A DNA stretch of 64,000 nucleotides from Nitrosopumilaceae archaeon. Lineage in GTDB: Archaea > Thermoproteota > Nitrososphaeria > Nitrososphaerales > Nitrosopumilaceae. Below are positions 19,500 to 29,233 of the stretch, piece after piece. The stretch lies in the NCBI GenBank assembly GCA_965214835.1, contig CBDCCK010000002.1, forward strand, positions 1,184,001 through 1,248,000, in the 5' to 3' direction. Both the position numbers and the translations under genes were made by a program. Every line of letters begins with the position of its first letter. Position 1 is the stretch's first letter. The notes under the pieces were generated by a model. It saw only the letters and a program-made list of their open reading frames with translations. It was not told the origin of the DNA and did no database searches.

Positions 19500-20675
19500 T
19501 TGAAGATCTCAAAAAAGGTGGCCGGCGTCGAGTATGCGATTCGAGACATCGTGTCTGCTGCCAGGAGACTTGAGGCGCAGGGAAGGCGCGTCGACTATCT
19601 AAATATCGGCGATCCCGTCCAGTTCGGGTTTCAGCCACCTGACAACGTAAGGCAGGCCCTGATAGATGCAGTCAACGGGGGCCAGAACTACTATTCCCCG
19701 TCCGAGGGGCTTCCCGAGCTGTGTGGGGCAATAGCCGACAAGGAGAACCAAAAGGGACTCTCGATCTCAGGCGACGACGTTCTAGTCACCAACGGCGTCT
19801 CTGAGGCACTTGACATGGTAATTGCCTCCGTAGTCGAGGAGGGCGACGAGGTTCTCCTCCCGGGGCCCTACTATCCGCCATATGCGTCCTATGTAAGGCT
19901 GCACGGCGGGGTTCCCGTCGAGTTCGGGGTGGATCTTGACAACTCGACGCCGGATCTTGACGATATCAGATCAAAGATCACGCCCAGGACCGTGGCAATA
20001 TGCCTGATCAGCCCCAACAATCCCACCGGTGTCGTATTCAGCGAGGGCTCACTCAGGGATCTGGTGGATATTGCCAACGAGCACGGCCTGTACGTCATCT
20101 GCGATGAAATCTATGACCAGATAATCTATGATGAAAGGTTCTTCGGAATAGGGCGGGCCGCCGGGGACTCTCCGGTAATAATACTGAACGGGTTCTCAAA
20201 GGTCCACCTGATGACGGGCTGGAGGATAGGGTACGTCGCATTCAACCGGTCCGCACAGCTTGAACCCTTAAAGGAGCACCTTCCCAAGCTTGCCAGGGTC
20301 AGGATCTCGACTAGCACGCCCGTCCAGCATGCGGCCCTAGAGTCGCTGCGCGGGCCGCAGGACTATGTGAAAAAATTCGTCTCCGAGCTGAAGACAAGGC
20401 GCGACTTTGTGGTGGGGCGGCTAAACGAGATTCCCGGACTGTCCTGCCCGCTGCCACGCGGTGCGTTCTACGCGTTTCCAAGGATTGAGAAGAATCCCTG
20501 CCGGTCTGATTACGAGTTTGTCCTCAAACTGCTCGAGTCCAAGGGCGTCCTTGCCGTCCACGGCTCCGGGTTCGGAACCGCCTACGGCAGCGGGCACTTT
20601 AGGCTTGTATTTTTGCCTGCAATGCAGACCCTAGAGTCTGCACTGGCAAAGATCGACGACTTTATGCGTCAGTAG
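19500..20675 (+). CDS. Class I/II PLP-dependent aminotransferase (Asp/Ala type)
   Basis: LNIGDP, SPNNPTG, DEIY, NGFSKVHLMTGWRIG; TTG start. Confidence 0.9.
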   Translation: MKISKKVAGVEYAIRDIVSAARRLEAQGRRVDYLNIGDPVQFGFQPPDNVRQALIDAVNGGQNYYSPSEGLPELCGAIADKENQKGLSISGDDVLVTNGVSEALDMVIASVVEEGDEVLLPGPYYPPYASYVRLHGGVPVEFGVDLDNSTPDLDDIRSKITPRTVAICLISPNNPTGVVFSEGSLRDLVDIANEHGLYVICDEIYDQIIYDERFFGIGRAAGDSPVIILNGFSKVHLMTGWRIGYVAFNRSAQLEPLKEHLPKLARVRISTSTPVQHAALESLRGPQDYVKKFVSELKTRRDFVVGRLNEIPGLSCPLPRGAFYAFPRIEKNPCRSDYEFVLKLLESKGVLAVHGSGFGTAYGSGHFRLVFLPAMQTLESALAKIDDFMRQ

Positions 20676-21067
20676 CTCCACTTGGAGATCCTTTCTGGCG
20701 TGATCTCGATGATGCAGTTGGTATCCTCTAGCAGCTCCCGGGCCGACCTGTCGTTCATGGTTTCAAAATAGCGCAAAAGAATCCTTGTTGCCAGCCTGGC
20801 AACCCGGCCGCCTTGCAGGATGAGGCTGGCCCTGCCCCGGCCCGTCACCCCGCAGATGTCAGGGGAGTTTATGCCGACATCCACACAGAATGCGACCCTG
20901 TCGTTTTTTTGCAGGTTTTTAGCCTTGACCGTCCGCAGGTTGGTCCCTATGTAGATTTTTTTCCGGCTGTACATGTACCATACCGGCACGATGTGCGGGG
21001 TGCCTTTCGGGCCGATTGTGGCCAGCCGCAGGATCTTCTGCTCCTTAAGGAATCTTGCTGCCGTCAT
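20669..21067 (-). CDS. Pyridoxamine 5'-phosphate oxidase-like (PPOX) protein
   Basis: LATIGPKGTPHIVPVWY, K.KNL..N.RVAFCVD. Confidence 0.85.
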   Translation of the reverse strand: MTAARFLKEQKILRLATIGPKGTPHIVPVWYMYSRKKIYIGTNLRTVKAKNLQKNDRVAFCVDVGINSPDICGVTGRGRASLILQGGRVARLATRILLRYFETMNDRSARELLEDTNCIIEITPERISKWSY

Positions 21068-21284
21068 ACCTGAACAGTCCCTTTGCCATCAGCACGCCCC
21101 CCGCGCCGATCATGATCATCGAAATCTTCTCGTTTGTAAACTCCTGATTCGTCAGAAAGTCCAGCACAAACTCGGGCCCCCACAGGATCAGCTGCCGCAC
21201 CATTACGATTGCCGCCATTATCACAAACATGGCGCCCATTGCCGTGTACCAGTTCCTGCCCCTCCTGTTGTAGATGCGGCTCAT
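21045..21284 (-). CDS. Small membrane protein
   Basis: Two hydrophobic helices; coupled to neighbours. Confidence 0.65.
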   Translation of the reverse strand: MSRIYNRRGRNWYTAMGAMFVIMAAIVMVRQLILWGPEFVLDFLTNQEFTNEKISMIMIGAGGVLMAKGLFRYDGSKIP

Positions 21285-21288
21285 GGGC

Positions 21289-21960
21289 CTATACTATCTT
21301 GATGCCCGGGTTCTTTATCCCGTTTCTGATCATGGCGTTTAGCAGCAGCGGCGTTGCAATCTCTGCCATGTATGACAGCGAGCCCGGGCCCAGATGGATG
21401 GGGCGCAGTCCCCTGATCTCCCTTATCAGGCCGTCTACCACTCCGACTGCCTCGCTGCCGTCCCCGCAGACAAAAATGTCATAGTCAAGCGCAAGATCCG
21501 GGTTTGCCAGCTTTTTCTCCGAGATAACGTGAAACGCAGAGACGAGGTTTGCCCTGTTCTTCATGTATTTCTCCACCATCTGGTGGGCAAACGGCCTTGC
21601 CTCCTTTATGGGAATGAACTCAAAGCCCGCGTCCGTTTTTGTCATCGGCACGATCGGCGATACCACCACGCAGTCCTCCCTTGCAAGCGGCAGCAGCTCC
21701 GAGCAGGTCGAGTCGATGTTCTCATAGGCTATCGAGAGAACCAGCACGTCGCTTTGTCTTGCGACCGACGCGTTGTCGCCTCCGGTTATGGTTCCGTTTA
21801 TATCTCCAAACGCCTTGCTGGCCAGCCTGGAATACTCCTCCGCGGCAGCCGAGGCCCTTGCCGCATCCCTAGAGCCGACAATTATATCGTTGTTGAGGCA
21901 CCACCTGAGGGAAAACCCCCTTCCCATTCCTCCCGTCCCGCCAATAATTCCAATCTTCAC
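21289..21960 (-). CDS. npdG: F420-dependent NADP oxidoreductase
   Basis: IGIIGGTGGMG, VGSRD, SPIVPM, VSAFH, CGD. Confidence 0.85.
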   Translation of the reverse strand: MKIGIIGGTGGMGRGFSLRWCLNNDIIVGSRDAARASAAAEEYSRLASKAFGDINGTITGGDNASVARQSDVLVLSIAYENIDSTCSELLPLAREDCVVVSPIVPMTKTDAGFEFIPIKEARPFAHQMVEKYMKNRANLVSAFHVISEKKLANPDLALDYDIFVCGDGSEAVGVVDGLIREIRGLRPIHLGPGSLSYMAEIATPLLLNAMIRNGIKNPGIKIV

Positions 21961-22012
21961 AGGATCCACTCTGACAATGTTATTATTATCTCTATTTGAC
22001 TTTACAGGCAGT

Positions 22013-22636
22013 TTGGGATCCATAATATTCCTCAGACACGGCCAGGCCGAGAACAACGCAAAGCGCATCTTGGCAGGCAGAACCGGCGGCGTTCCGCTGA
22101 CCGATACGGGAAAGAATCAGGCCCGGGGGGCAGCCGAGTTCCTGGAGCATCTGGACATATCTGCCATATACTCGAGCCCGATTGAGAGGGCGCAGGACAC
22201 CGCAGAGATCGTTGCAGGGCACAACTCCCTGGACGTGAGGACCGATGAGCGATTAATCGAGCTTGAGATGGGCAGGTTTACGGGCATGGGATATGACGAT
22301 GTATTATCAAACCACGGGGACGTATTTTTGAAGTTCTACCAGGGGAGCCGGGAGGTTGCAGAGAACGGCGTTGAGACCTTTGATCAGGTAAAATCCAGGG
22401 TCAGGGACGTGGTAGGACATGTCTCAAGGGAGCATCCCGGTCAGAACGTGGTCCTGGTCACCCACATGGATCCAATCAAGGCCATGCTGTCTACCGTAAT
22501 CGATCCTAGTCCGAATGTACTTTTTGAGCTGATAATCGCAACCGCATCGCTGAACATCTTTAGGGAAAGCAACGCAAAGTTTTCACTGTCTGCAATTAAC
22601 CTGATGCATCCGTCAAGATTCGATCAGGCCTGGTAG
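22013..22636 (+). CDS. Histidine phosphatase (phosphoglycerate mutase) family
   Basis: LRHGQ, YSSPIERA, VTH. Confidence 0.88.
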   Translation: MGSIIFLRHGQAENNAKRILAGRTGGVPLTDTGKNQARGAAEFLEHLDISAIYSSPIERAQDTAEIVAGHNSLDVRTDERLIELEMGRFTGMGYDDVLSNHGDVFLKFYQGSREVAENGVETFDQVKSRVRDVVGHVSREHPGQNVVLVTHMDPIKAMLSTVIDPSPNVLFELIIATASLNIFRESNAKFSLSAINLMHPSRFDQAW

Positions 22637-22645
22637 CGGAAAATC

Positions 22646-22734
22646 TAAGAGTTTGCCCGACCCGAAAATACGGCGCGGGGCGCACGCTGATCAGGGCCTT
22701 GGCCGGCAGTGTTGCCTAGGGGGCAAACTCTTAC
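22646..22734. mobile_element. IS66-derived MITE (family A), copy 2
   Basis: TAAGAGTTTGCCCG / GGGGGCAAACTCTTAC; TSD CGGAAAATC on both sides. Confidence 0.85.
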
Positions 22735-22790
22735 CGGAAAATCTTCAAAACCCTTAAATAGAATTTGCAGGCCACGACAAACTAACCGTA

Positions 22791-23051
22791 ATGAGGCGTA
22801 TAATCGTACTATTCCTAGTGTTGACAGTAATGATTGCAATGCCGTCCGTACAGATGGCGTTTGCTGCAGGCGACAATCCGGGCGAATACCTGGATCGACG
22901 CGTTGAGATCTGGAACCTGTTCTTCAGGATGATGACAGTTGCATTTACCGTGGGCGCCGTAGTATCTGGTACCATGGTCTGGCAGATCTGGAGGTTCAGA
23001 GAATCAAACCCAAAGGCAAGGCCGACCGAATACGAGGGTAAGGACTGGTAG
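22791..23051 (+). CDS. Small membrane protein, N-terminal part of split cytochrome oxidase subunit II
   Basis: Signal-like helix plus TM ending IWRFRE; first gene of cox cluster. Confidence 0.7.
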   Translation: MRRIIVLFLVLTVMIAMPSVQMAFAAGDNPGEYLDRRVEIWNLFFRMMTVAFTVGAVVSGTMVWQIWRFRESNPKARPTEYEGKDW

Positions 23052-23053
23052 GC

Positions 23054-23485
23054 ATGGGCGGACACTCCAACTGGCCAGAATGGGTATACATAGGCGTAGT
23101 CGTTGCGATTCTGTGCTGGGTCGGCGCCGAGGCCTGGAACGTGGAGAGGATTGTAGAGCATGTGCCGGAGGATGCCGAGACCATCAAGGTCGTCGGACAG
23201 CAGTGGTTCTGGACATTCGAGCACGAGGACGGCACCAAGGAGCTGGGCGAGCTTCATGTAGAGGTGGGCAAGGCATACAAGTTTGAGATCACCTCTACGG
23301 ACGTCAACCACTCCTTTAACATTCATGACTATGTGGTATTGCTTGACGCGATTCCGGGCAGGACCAACACCGTATGGTTTGCCCCGATGGAGGCAGGCGA
23401 GCATGACATCCAGTGCAGGGAGTACTGCGGACTCATTCACTATAACATGCGCGGCAAGGTAATCGTGGAGGATCCACACGTATGA
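23054..23485 (+). CDS. coxB: Heme-copper oxidase subunit II (CuA)
   Basis: GQQWFW, DVNHSF, CREYCGLIHYNM. Confidence 0.92.
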   Translation: MGGHSNWPEWVYIGVVVAILCWVGAEAWNVERIVEHVPEDAETIKVVGQQWFWTFEHEDGTKELGELHVEVGKAYKFEITSTDVNHSFNIHDYVVLLDAIPGRTNTVWFAPMEAGEHDIQCREYCGLIHYNMRGKVIVEDPHV

Positions 23486-23537
23486 GAACAATTTTAAGCA
23501 GACCGGAAGGTTTGCAGTCCGGGGAGGTTTTGCTTAC

Positions 23538-25064
23538 ATGGTGCTAGAACTACAAAGGCCAAGGCCTGTCTGGCAGATCATGTTCTCCACCCACCATACC
23601 GACGTGGGCCTGCTCTACCTCATCACGTCCCTGGCATTCCTGTTCATGGGAGGCGCCCTGGCCCTTGCAATCAGACTCGAGCTGTTCCTGCCGGGTTCAC
23701 AGTTCATTGCAGATTCCATGACCTTTAACAGGATCTTCACGGTTCATGGAACCACGCTGATCTTCCTGTTTATCATCCCGTTTGCGTCTGCAGTCGGCAA
23801 CTACTTTGTCCCGATCATGGTAAGGTACAAGGACATGGCATATCCCAAACTCAACGCCATCGCATTCTGGATGATTCCCCCGGCGGGGGCGCTCATCTGG
23901 CTGGGCTTTGCGGACTTTACGTGGTACGCAACGCCCCCCTATTCCATAATCAGCGCGCCGGGCCCTGCAGCGGACATGTGGATCTTCGGGCTGAAGATAC
24001 TTGGAATCTCGTCGATTCTGGGCTCGATCAACTTTATCGTTACAATCCTAAAATGCAAGCATCCCGACATGTCGATCGGCCAGGTTCCGCTGCTGGCGTG
24101 GTCCTTTCTGTCCTCATCGCTGATCATTCTCGTGGCGATTCCGACGTTTGCAGCAGCACTCCTGATGCTGCTTACAGACAGGCTGGGCGTCTCCGGGTTC
24201 TTCAACCCCGCCATGGGCGGGGATCCGATAGCGTATGCCCACCTGTTCTGGTTTACGTTCCACCCCGAGGTATACGTCCTGGTAATTCCGGCCATCGGCA
24301 TGATGTATGAGATCATACCGAGGTTCTCAAGAAAGCCGATCTACAGCACCAGCTCCGGAATCTTTGCATTCGTACTGCTCTCGATCGTGGGATTCTCGTC
24401 CTGGGCGCACCACATGTACGCCACAGGCATGTCCTTTACCGAAAAGACGGTATTCATGGTGGGCACGCTGGCGGCGGTTCCGGCATCTGCGATGCATGTC
24501 TTTAACTTCCTTGCCACCATGTGGAACGGCAGGATAAGGTTTGCAACGCCGATGATGTGGTCCGTCGGCGGCATAGCGCTGTTCTTCTCCGCAGGGGCAG
24601 GCGGCGTGGTCAACAGCGCAATGCCGCTGGACTTTGTAACCCATGACTCCTACTGGGTCGTGGGCCACTTTCACCTCTTCGTCATGGGAACAATCGCCTT
24701 TGGCTCGATAGGCTATGCATACTATATGTTCCCGTATGTGACGGGAAGGATGTACATGGAAAAGCTGGGAAACGTGCACTTTATCCTCTCGTTTGTAGGA
24801 ACGGTCCTGGTATTCTTCACCCAGCACGTCCTTGGCCTCTTTGGGATGCCGAGAAGAATCTACGACTATCCGGCCATCCCTGAATGGATTGCAATGAACC
24901 AGATAGCGACAATAGGGGCCATGCTGATCGGCATAAGCATGGCAATCTTCCTTGGCAACCTGATATACAGCTCTGCCAGAGGAAAGCCGGCAAACATGGA
25001 CGACCCGTGGGGACTGGGGGGAAGGTACTATTATCCGTACCAGTCAAAGAACCCGAGCCACTAG
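23538..25064 (+). CDS. coxA: Heme-copper oxidase subunit I
   Basis: FTVHG, WFTFHPEVY, WAHHM, VVGHFH. Confidence 0.97.
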   Translation: MVLELQRPRPVWQIMFSTHHTDVGLLYLITSLAFLFMGGALALAIRLELFLPGSQFIADSMTFNRIFTVHGTTLIFLFIIPFASAVGNYFVPIMVRYKDMAYPKLNAIAFWMIPPAGALIWLGFADFTWYATPPYSIISAPGPAADMWIFGLKILGISSILGSINFIVTILKCKHPDMSIGQVPLLAWSFLSSSLIILVAIPTFAAALLMLLTDRLGVSGFFNPAMGGDPIAYAHLFWFTFHPEVYVLVIPAIGMMYEIIPRFSRKPIYSTSSGIFAFVLLSIVGFSSWAHHMYATGMSFTEKTVFMVGTLAAVPASAMHVFNFLATMWNGRIRFATPMMWSVGGIALFFSAGAGGVVNSAMPLDFVTHDSYWVVGHFHLFVMGTIAFGSIGYAYYMFPYVTGRMYMEKLGNVHFILSFVGTVLVFFTQHVLGLFGMPRRIYDYPAIPEWIAMNQIATIGAMLIGISMAIFLGNLIYSSARGKPANMDDPWGLGGRYYYPYQSKNPSH

Positions 25065-25074
25065 GAGAGACAAG

Positions 25075-26028
25075 ATGAGCCAAGAACACGCCGAGCCAAT
25101 CTACAGGACAAGCCCTGCCCGCGTCGGCAAGATGATGGCAATCATGCTGGGGATATGCATCGTGGGTGGCGTGATATTCTTTGGAATGTGGGACTATTGG
25201 ATCTCCGAGGTTCCCCCCGTCGTCCAGAGCGGCACGGATGATCACGACGCCCCGGCACAGGCCACGGGTGAGACCATCAACGTATCGCTGTCCTTTGTAG
25301 AGTCTGACAACCTGCTCACCCTAGGATTCAATGCACTGCCAGGCGAGCCTGGCAGCAACCCGACCATTCACGCCAATGTAGGAGATGAGATTGTCTTTGA
25401 TGTGGTCAATGACGGAGTAACATTCCATGCATTTGGCGTTACCAGGGACGACGAGGGCTGGGAGGGGATCATTTCCGGAACCGAAATTGGCTCAGTAAAC
25501 AGCCCGCTGAGCGGCGGCGAGTCTGGAACATCAACGTTTGTCCCGACCGAGGCTGGCGAGTACTATTACATCTGTACGGTTGCCGGCCACAGGATACAGG
25601 GCATGGTGGGCACCATCGTTGTAGGCGAGGCAGACGCATCATCAAGCGTTGCAGCAGATCCCACCGGCGTGAGCCACGAGTTTGCACTGGACTTTGTAGA
25701 ATCTGATGATTTCCTAACCCTGGGATTCGACGCACTGCCAGGCCAGGACGGACACAATCCTGACTATGTGGTAAGCTCCGGCGACGAGGTCACCTTTACG
25801 GTAACCAATGCAGGAAAACTGCTCCACTCGTTTGGCGTGGTGGCCGCACCGGAGGACTTTGGAGGCTCGCTGTGGGACTCTGAGATCGGCTCGATGAACA
25901 ACCCACTCAGATCCGGCGAGTCCGGATCCGTTACGTTTACGGCAGGCGCGCCGGGCAATTACCACTATATCTGCACCGTCCCCGGACACGCACAGCAGGG
26001 CATGTCAGGATCATTTGTCGTAGAATAG
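25075..26028 (+). CDS. Membrane-anchored two-domain blue copper (cupredoxin) protein
   Basis: Two type-1 Cu sites: H.FGV..YICTVAGHRIQGM and YICTVPGHAQQGM. Confidence 0.9.
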   Translation: MSQEHAEPIYRTSPARVGKMMAIMLGICIVGGVIFFGMWDYWISEVPPVVQSGTDDHDAPAQATGETINVSLSFVESDNLLTLGFNALPGEPGSNPTIHANVGDEIVFDVVNDGVTFHAFGVTRDDEGWEGIISGTEIGSVNSPLSGGESGTSTFVPTEAGEYYYICTVAGHRIQGMVGTIVVGEADASSSVAADPTGVSHEFALDFVESDDFLTLGFDALPGQDGHNPDYVVSSGDEVTFTVTNAGKLLHSFGVVAAPEDFGGSLWDSEIGSMNNPLRSGESGSVTFTAGAPGNYHYICTVPGHAQQGMSGSFVVE

Positions 26029-26030
26029 TA

Positions 26031-26474
26031 TTGATCCTAAAATACGCATCACTTGCAACCCTGATCGTACTGTATTCCCTGATGTTTCTTGGCGGATACA
26101 TATCTGCCGCAGGCCTAGGGCTGACATGCCCCGACTGGCCCCTCTGTCCCGACGGCCTGGTTCCAAGCGAGGAGTACCTGATAGAGTACATCCACAGGCT
26201 GGTTGCAGCAACGACGGGGGTTCTGGTACTGGCAATTACCGTGGGAAGCTGGCTTGCCAGGGACTCGCATGCTAAAATCAGGGCAACCAGCGTCCTGGCA
26301 TCCGTACTTGTGGTGACCCAGATAACGCTGGGCGCACTCGTCATTGATACAAAGCTTCACGCCGTCCTGGTCGCAATACACCTGGGCATCGGGATACTGC
26401 TGTTTGCAATGGTGCTGCTGACTACGATCTTTGCGTTCAGGCTGGGCAGGCCCCCCGCCGAGGCCGGGGCCTAG
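26031..26474 (+). CDS. ctaA: Heme A synthase (CtaA/Cox15, half-size)
   Basis: GLTCPDWPLC, EYIHR, Q.TLG, H.G. Confidence 0.85.
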   Translation: MILKYASLATLIVLYSLMFLGGYISAAGLGLTCPDWPLCPDGLVPSEEYLIEYIHRLVAATTGVLVLAITVGSWLARDSHAKIRATSVLASVLVVTQITLGALVIDTKLHAVLVAIHLGIGILLFAMVLLTTIFAFRLGRPPAEAGA

Positions 26475-26985
26475 CGCCTTTTGAGCCCCTTTGGCAGGTA
26501 GATGTACCCGATGACTATTGCGAACATTGCAGCGCCTGCCGTAATCGCTACTATGAAGATGTATCCGAACGGGTTCTGGGTGCTCATGTTGAAGGTGTAC
26601 GTCAGCAGGCCCTTTTGGCCCTTGTCGTACACGTCCACCTTGAAGATGTGGTTTCCGCTGGTCTCAAATGTATAGTCCGTCTGCCAGTGGCCCCCGTCGA
26701 TGTACTGCGGCGGGATGGTCCGTATCAGCTCGTTGTTGAAAAAGATCCTGATCCCCATGTTAAAGCGGTCCACCTCGTTGAGATCCCTGTCTGTCAGCCT
26801 GAAGAGGATCTGCGACGTCTCGCCTACCTGTGGGAACTCTGGCAGCGTTGCCACCTGCATGCGAAAGTCCCCTATGGTCTGCTCTGCCGAGTTGAACAGC
26901 GAGTGTGCACCGGCTCCGGGTACTGCGGCCATCGATACTATCATGACGCATGACAGCAAAAAACACGAAGCCTCTTTTTTCATAC
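26471..26985 (-). CDS. Hypothetical membrane-anchored protein
   Basis: Signal peptide then AHSLFNS; C-terminal TM helix; start approximate. Confidence 0.7.
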
Positions 26986-27040
26986 GGTTCTCAGATGGGA
27001 TCCGGAAGAATATATTACAACACAATTATCGCGCAAAAAA

Positions 27041-27685
27041 TTGTCAAAACCTTTAAATGCTCACTGTCAAGAACACCAACCGTTGACTGTAGTGAGCAAA
27101 TCAATCGACATCAAGACCCCCGTCGATACGGTCTTTACGTATTTTGCAAGGCCCGAGCACGTCTCTGATCAGATGACTGACAAGGGCGTAGGCATGACCG
27201 TCATTCCCATGGATATCAAGGAGGGGATGGGGGTCGGCACGACATTTAGAATTATCAGCGACTTTGGCGGCAAGAGGCTGGAGTGGGACTGCAAGACGAC
27301 CGAGTTTGTCCGGGAGGAAAGAATCAGCGCGGTACAGATCGAGGGCCCGTTTAAAAGATGGGAGATTACCAACCAGTTCGAGTCGCTAGGCGCGAACCTG
27401 ACGCGGGTTACAATGACCGTCGACTATGAGATGCCCTTTGGGCCGCTAGGCGCAATCATGGACAAGGCAAAGTTTGCAAGATCCGCAGAGAGGGGGATGG
27501 AGACGTCACTTTACAAGGTAAGGGGCCTGCTGGAGGGAAACGGCTCGATTCCCGTATATATCACGCTGGATGCATACCAGAAACTGCTTGCAGAAAAGAA
27601 AAAGATGAACAACATCCCCGTATCGACTGTCCTCAATACCATCATCGAAAAATACGAGCAGGCAGAGGCACAAATCCAAAGCTAG
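27041..27685 (+). CDS. SRPBCC/polyketide cyclase-like protein
   Basis: SIDIKTPVDTVF, QIEGPFKRW, VDYEMPFGPLG; start may be ~27083. Confidence 0.8.
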   Translation: MSKPLNAHCQEHQPLTVVSKSIDIKTPVDTVFTYFARPEHVSDQMTDKGVGMTVIPMDIKEGMGVGTTFRIISDFGGKRLEWDCKTTEFVREERISAVQIEGPFKRWEITNQFESLGANLTRVTMTVDYEMPFGPLGAIMDKAKFARSAERGMETSLYKVRGLLEGNGSIPVYITLDAYQKLLAEKKKMNNIPVSTVLNTIIEKYEQAEAQIQS

Positions 27686-27739
27686 TCTTTCCTCTTTATA
27701 TCAAGATTAATAACGACTCTGGCGCCCGCTAACCTTGTC

Positions 27740-27814
27740 GGGTCTATGGCTCAGCCAGGCTAGAGCACCGGACTCTTAATCCGGCTGTCGGGGGTTCGAA
27801 TCCCTCTAGACCCG
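27740..27814 (+). tRNA. tRNA-Lys(CTT)
   Basis: GGGTCTA..CCGGA-CTCTTAA-TCCGG..GGTTCGAATCC..TAGACCCG. Confidence 0.95.
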
Positions 27815-27999
27815 CCTGTTTTCTTGCATCCCCTTGAGGCGATATCGCAGTCACCCACCTGCCGGATCAGTGGATCCGGCAGCCTGCCATTGCCCACCAT
27901 ATGCATGGGGGCTTCCTTCCATGTGTGCTGCCTGCCGGATTCTGGCTCTGCTGCCATGCCGGGCTCGTACATGAGCGAAAAGTCAAACGGCTCTGCATT

Positions 28000-28484
28000 G
28001 TGATGGATCCCCATTACAGCCACGGGGTCATATCCATGCAGCCCAACAAGAAGCCAAGGGGGGGGGGGGCAATCTTACAAAGAAACAGCGGGCGCAGAAC
28101 AGGAGGATAGACAGCAAGAGGGTGATAGTAGAGCACGCCATAGGGCGCATCAAGCAGTACAAGCGGATGCGTGATCTGTACGACGGGACCGCCGAGGAGT
28201 TCGACAGGGAGTTCCAGGTGACGGCCGGGCCTGCCAACTTTATGCTGCTGTGGGACAAGCGGAACAAGAAGCTCATGTATGAGTTCTGATACCACGATAC
28301 GGAGCGCATTGCGGCGCCACACGATGCCGCACGACATTGTCGTTTTTACCAGCTGTAATGGCTCGTAGCTACACTATATACGGACTGTGCCGCCCTCATG
28401 CACGTCATGTGATGCCGTCAGCCTTGCATGTATGGCCGGTCACCGTCGGAATATTTCGATCCGGTCGTTTACGCATAAGGTCTA
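28000..28484 (+). pseudogene. IS5-family (DDE_Tnp_4-like) transposase C-terminal remnant with right TIR
   Basis: P.KKPRGG/NLTKKQRAQNRRIDSKRVIVEHAIGRIKQY, frameshifted at G run 28058-28069; end ACGCATAAGGTCTA. Confidence 0.75.
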
Positions 28485-28714
28485 ACGATCATCAGTATAG
28501 GAACTAACTGCGGGATCGCCTAACAAATGGATGAAGATGGTACTGGGGGAAGGCCCCGAATGGATACATGTCCACCCATCCTTTGGAAGTGGATCAACCC
28601 TAGCGAAAGCAATGCACCATGTCACGAAATCCAGGAAAATGCTTGAAAAGAGTTCACATGGATACTGACAGTATTATCATTTTGACTTAATTAGTTGTGT
28701 GTTGAATAATCTAA

Positions 28715-29230
28715 TCATGTGAGACCTGCATCCCCAACATCCGAAACTGATACACTATCAGTAGTGTTGTGTGCAGCCCATAGATATGGATCTCCCAATT
28801 GATTAGTATAATCTACATACCATTCTAATTTTGACAAAATTGTTCTACGTTTTAGAATGACTGGGGGATCTCCTTGTATCACAAATTCATTCCAAGGTTC
28901 AAAAGGCTGGTCTTGTATGTAGCTTGTTAATTCCATTTTCTTTGCTTTCTTCATATCTTCTGGTGTGGGATTTGATGTGGGTTCTTTTTTCTTTCCTCTA
29001 TTGGTAAATGAAACAATCATTTGTCCTCCAACCATGAATGTTGGATCAGTGGATATTTTTTGATTTGGCGGTATTTTTTCATCAGGAACTTGCATAATGT
29101 TAGCTGGGATATTCACCAAGCGTAATGTTCCTTGTACTTGGGAATGATCAATTTCATATGTGTTATACTGAATCTTTTTAATTCGAAATAATTTATCAAC
29201 AAGATCTTTTGGGTTTATTCGAACCGACAT
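28715..29230 (-). CDS. Uncharacterised protein with internal two-fold repeat (likely paralogue of 9059-9505)
   Basis: EPWNEFVIQGD..ILKRRTILSKL..TNQLGDPY motif; low GC. Confidence 0.75.
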   Translation of the reverse strand: MSVRINPKDLVDKLFRIKKIQYNTYEIDHSQVQGTLRLVNIPANIMQVPDEKIPPNQKISTDPTFMVGGQMIVSFTNRGKKKEPTSNPTPEDMKKAKKMELTSYIQDQPFEPWNEFVIQGDPPVILKRRTILSKLEWYVDYTNQLGDPYLWAAHNTTDSVSVSDVGDAGLT

Positions 29231-29233
29231 TTT

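Noticed and set aside
22645-22734. Possible riboswitch/leader RNA upstream of the cox operon
   Set aside because: Explained by an IS66-derived MITE with TIRs and a TSD.
22791-26474. Split subunit II and cupredoxin in the oxidase cluster as a novelty
   Set aside because: This is the standard thaumarchaeal complex IV arrangement.
28058-28069. G homopolymer as a phase-variation switch
   Set aside because: It lies in an already truncated transposase remnant; more likely decay or sequencing slippage.
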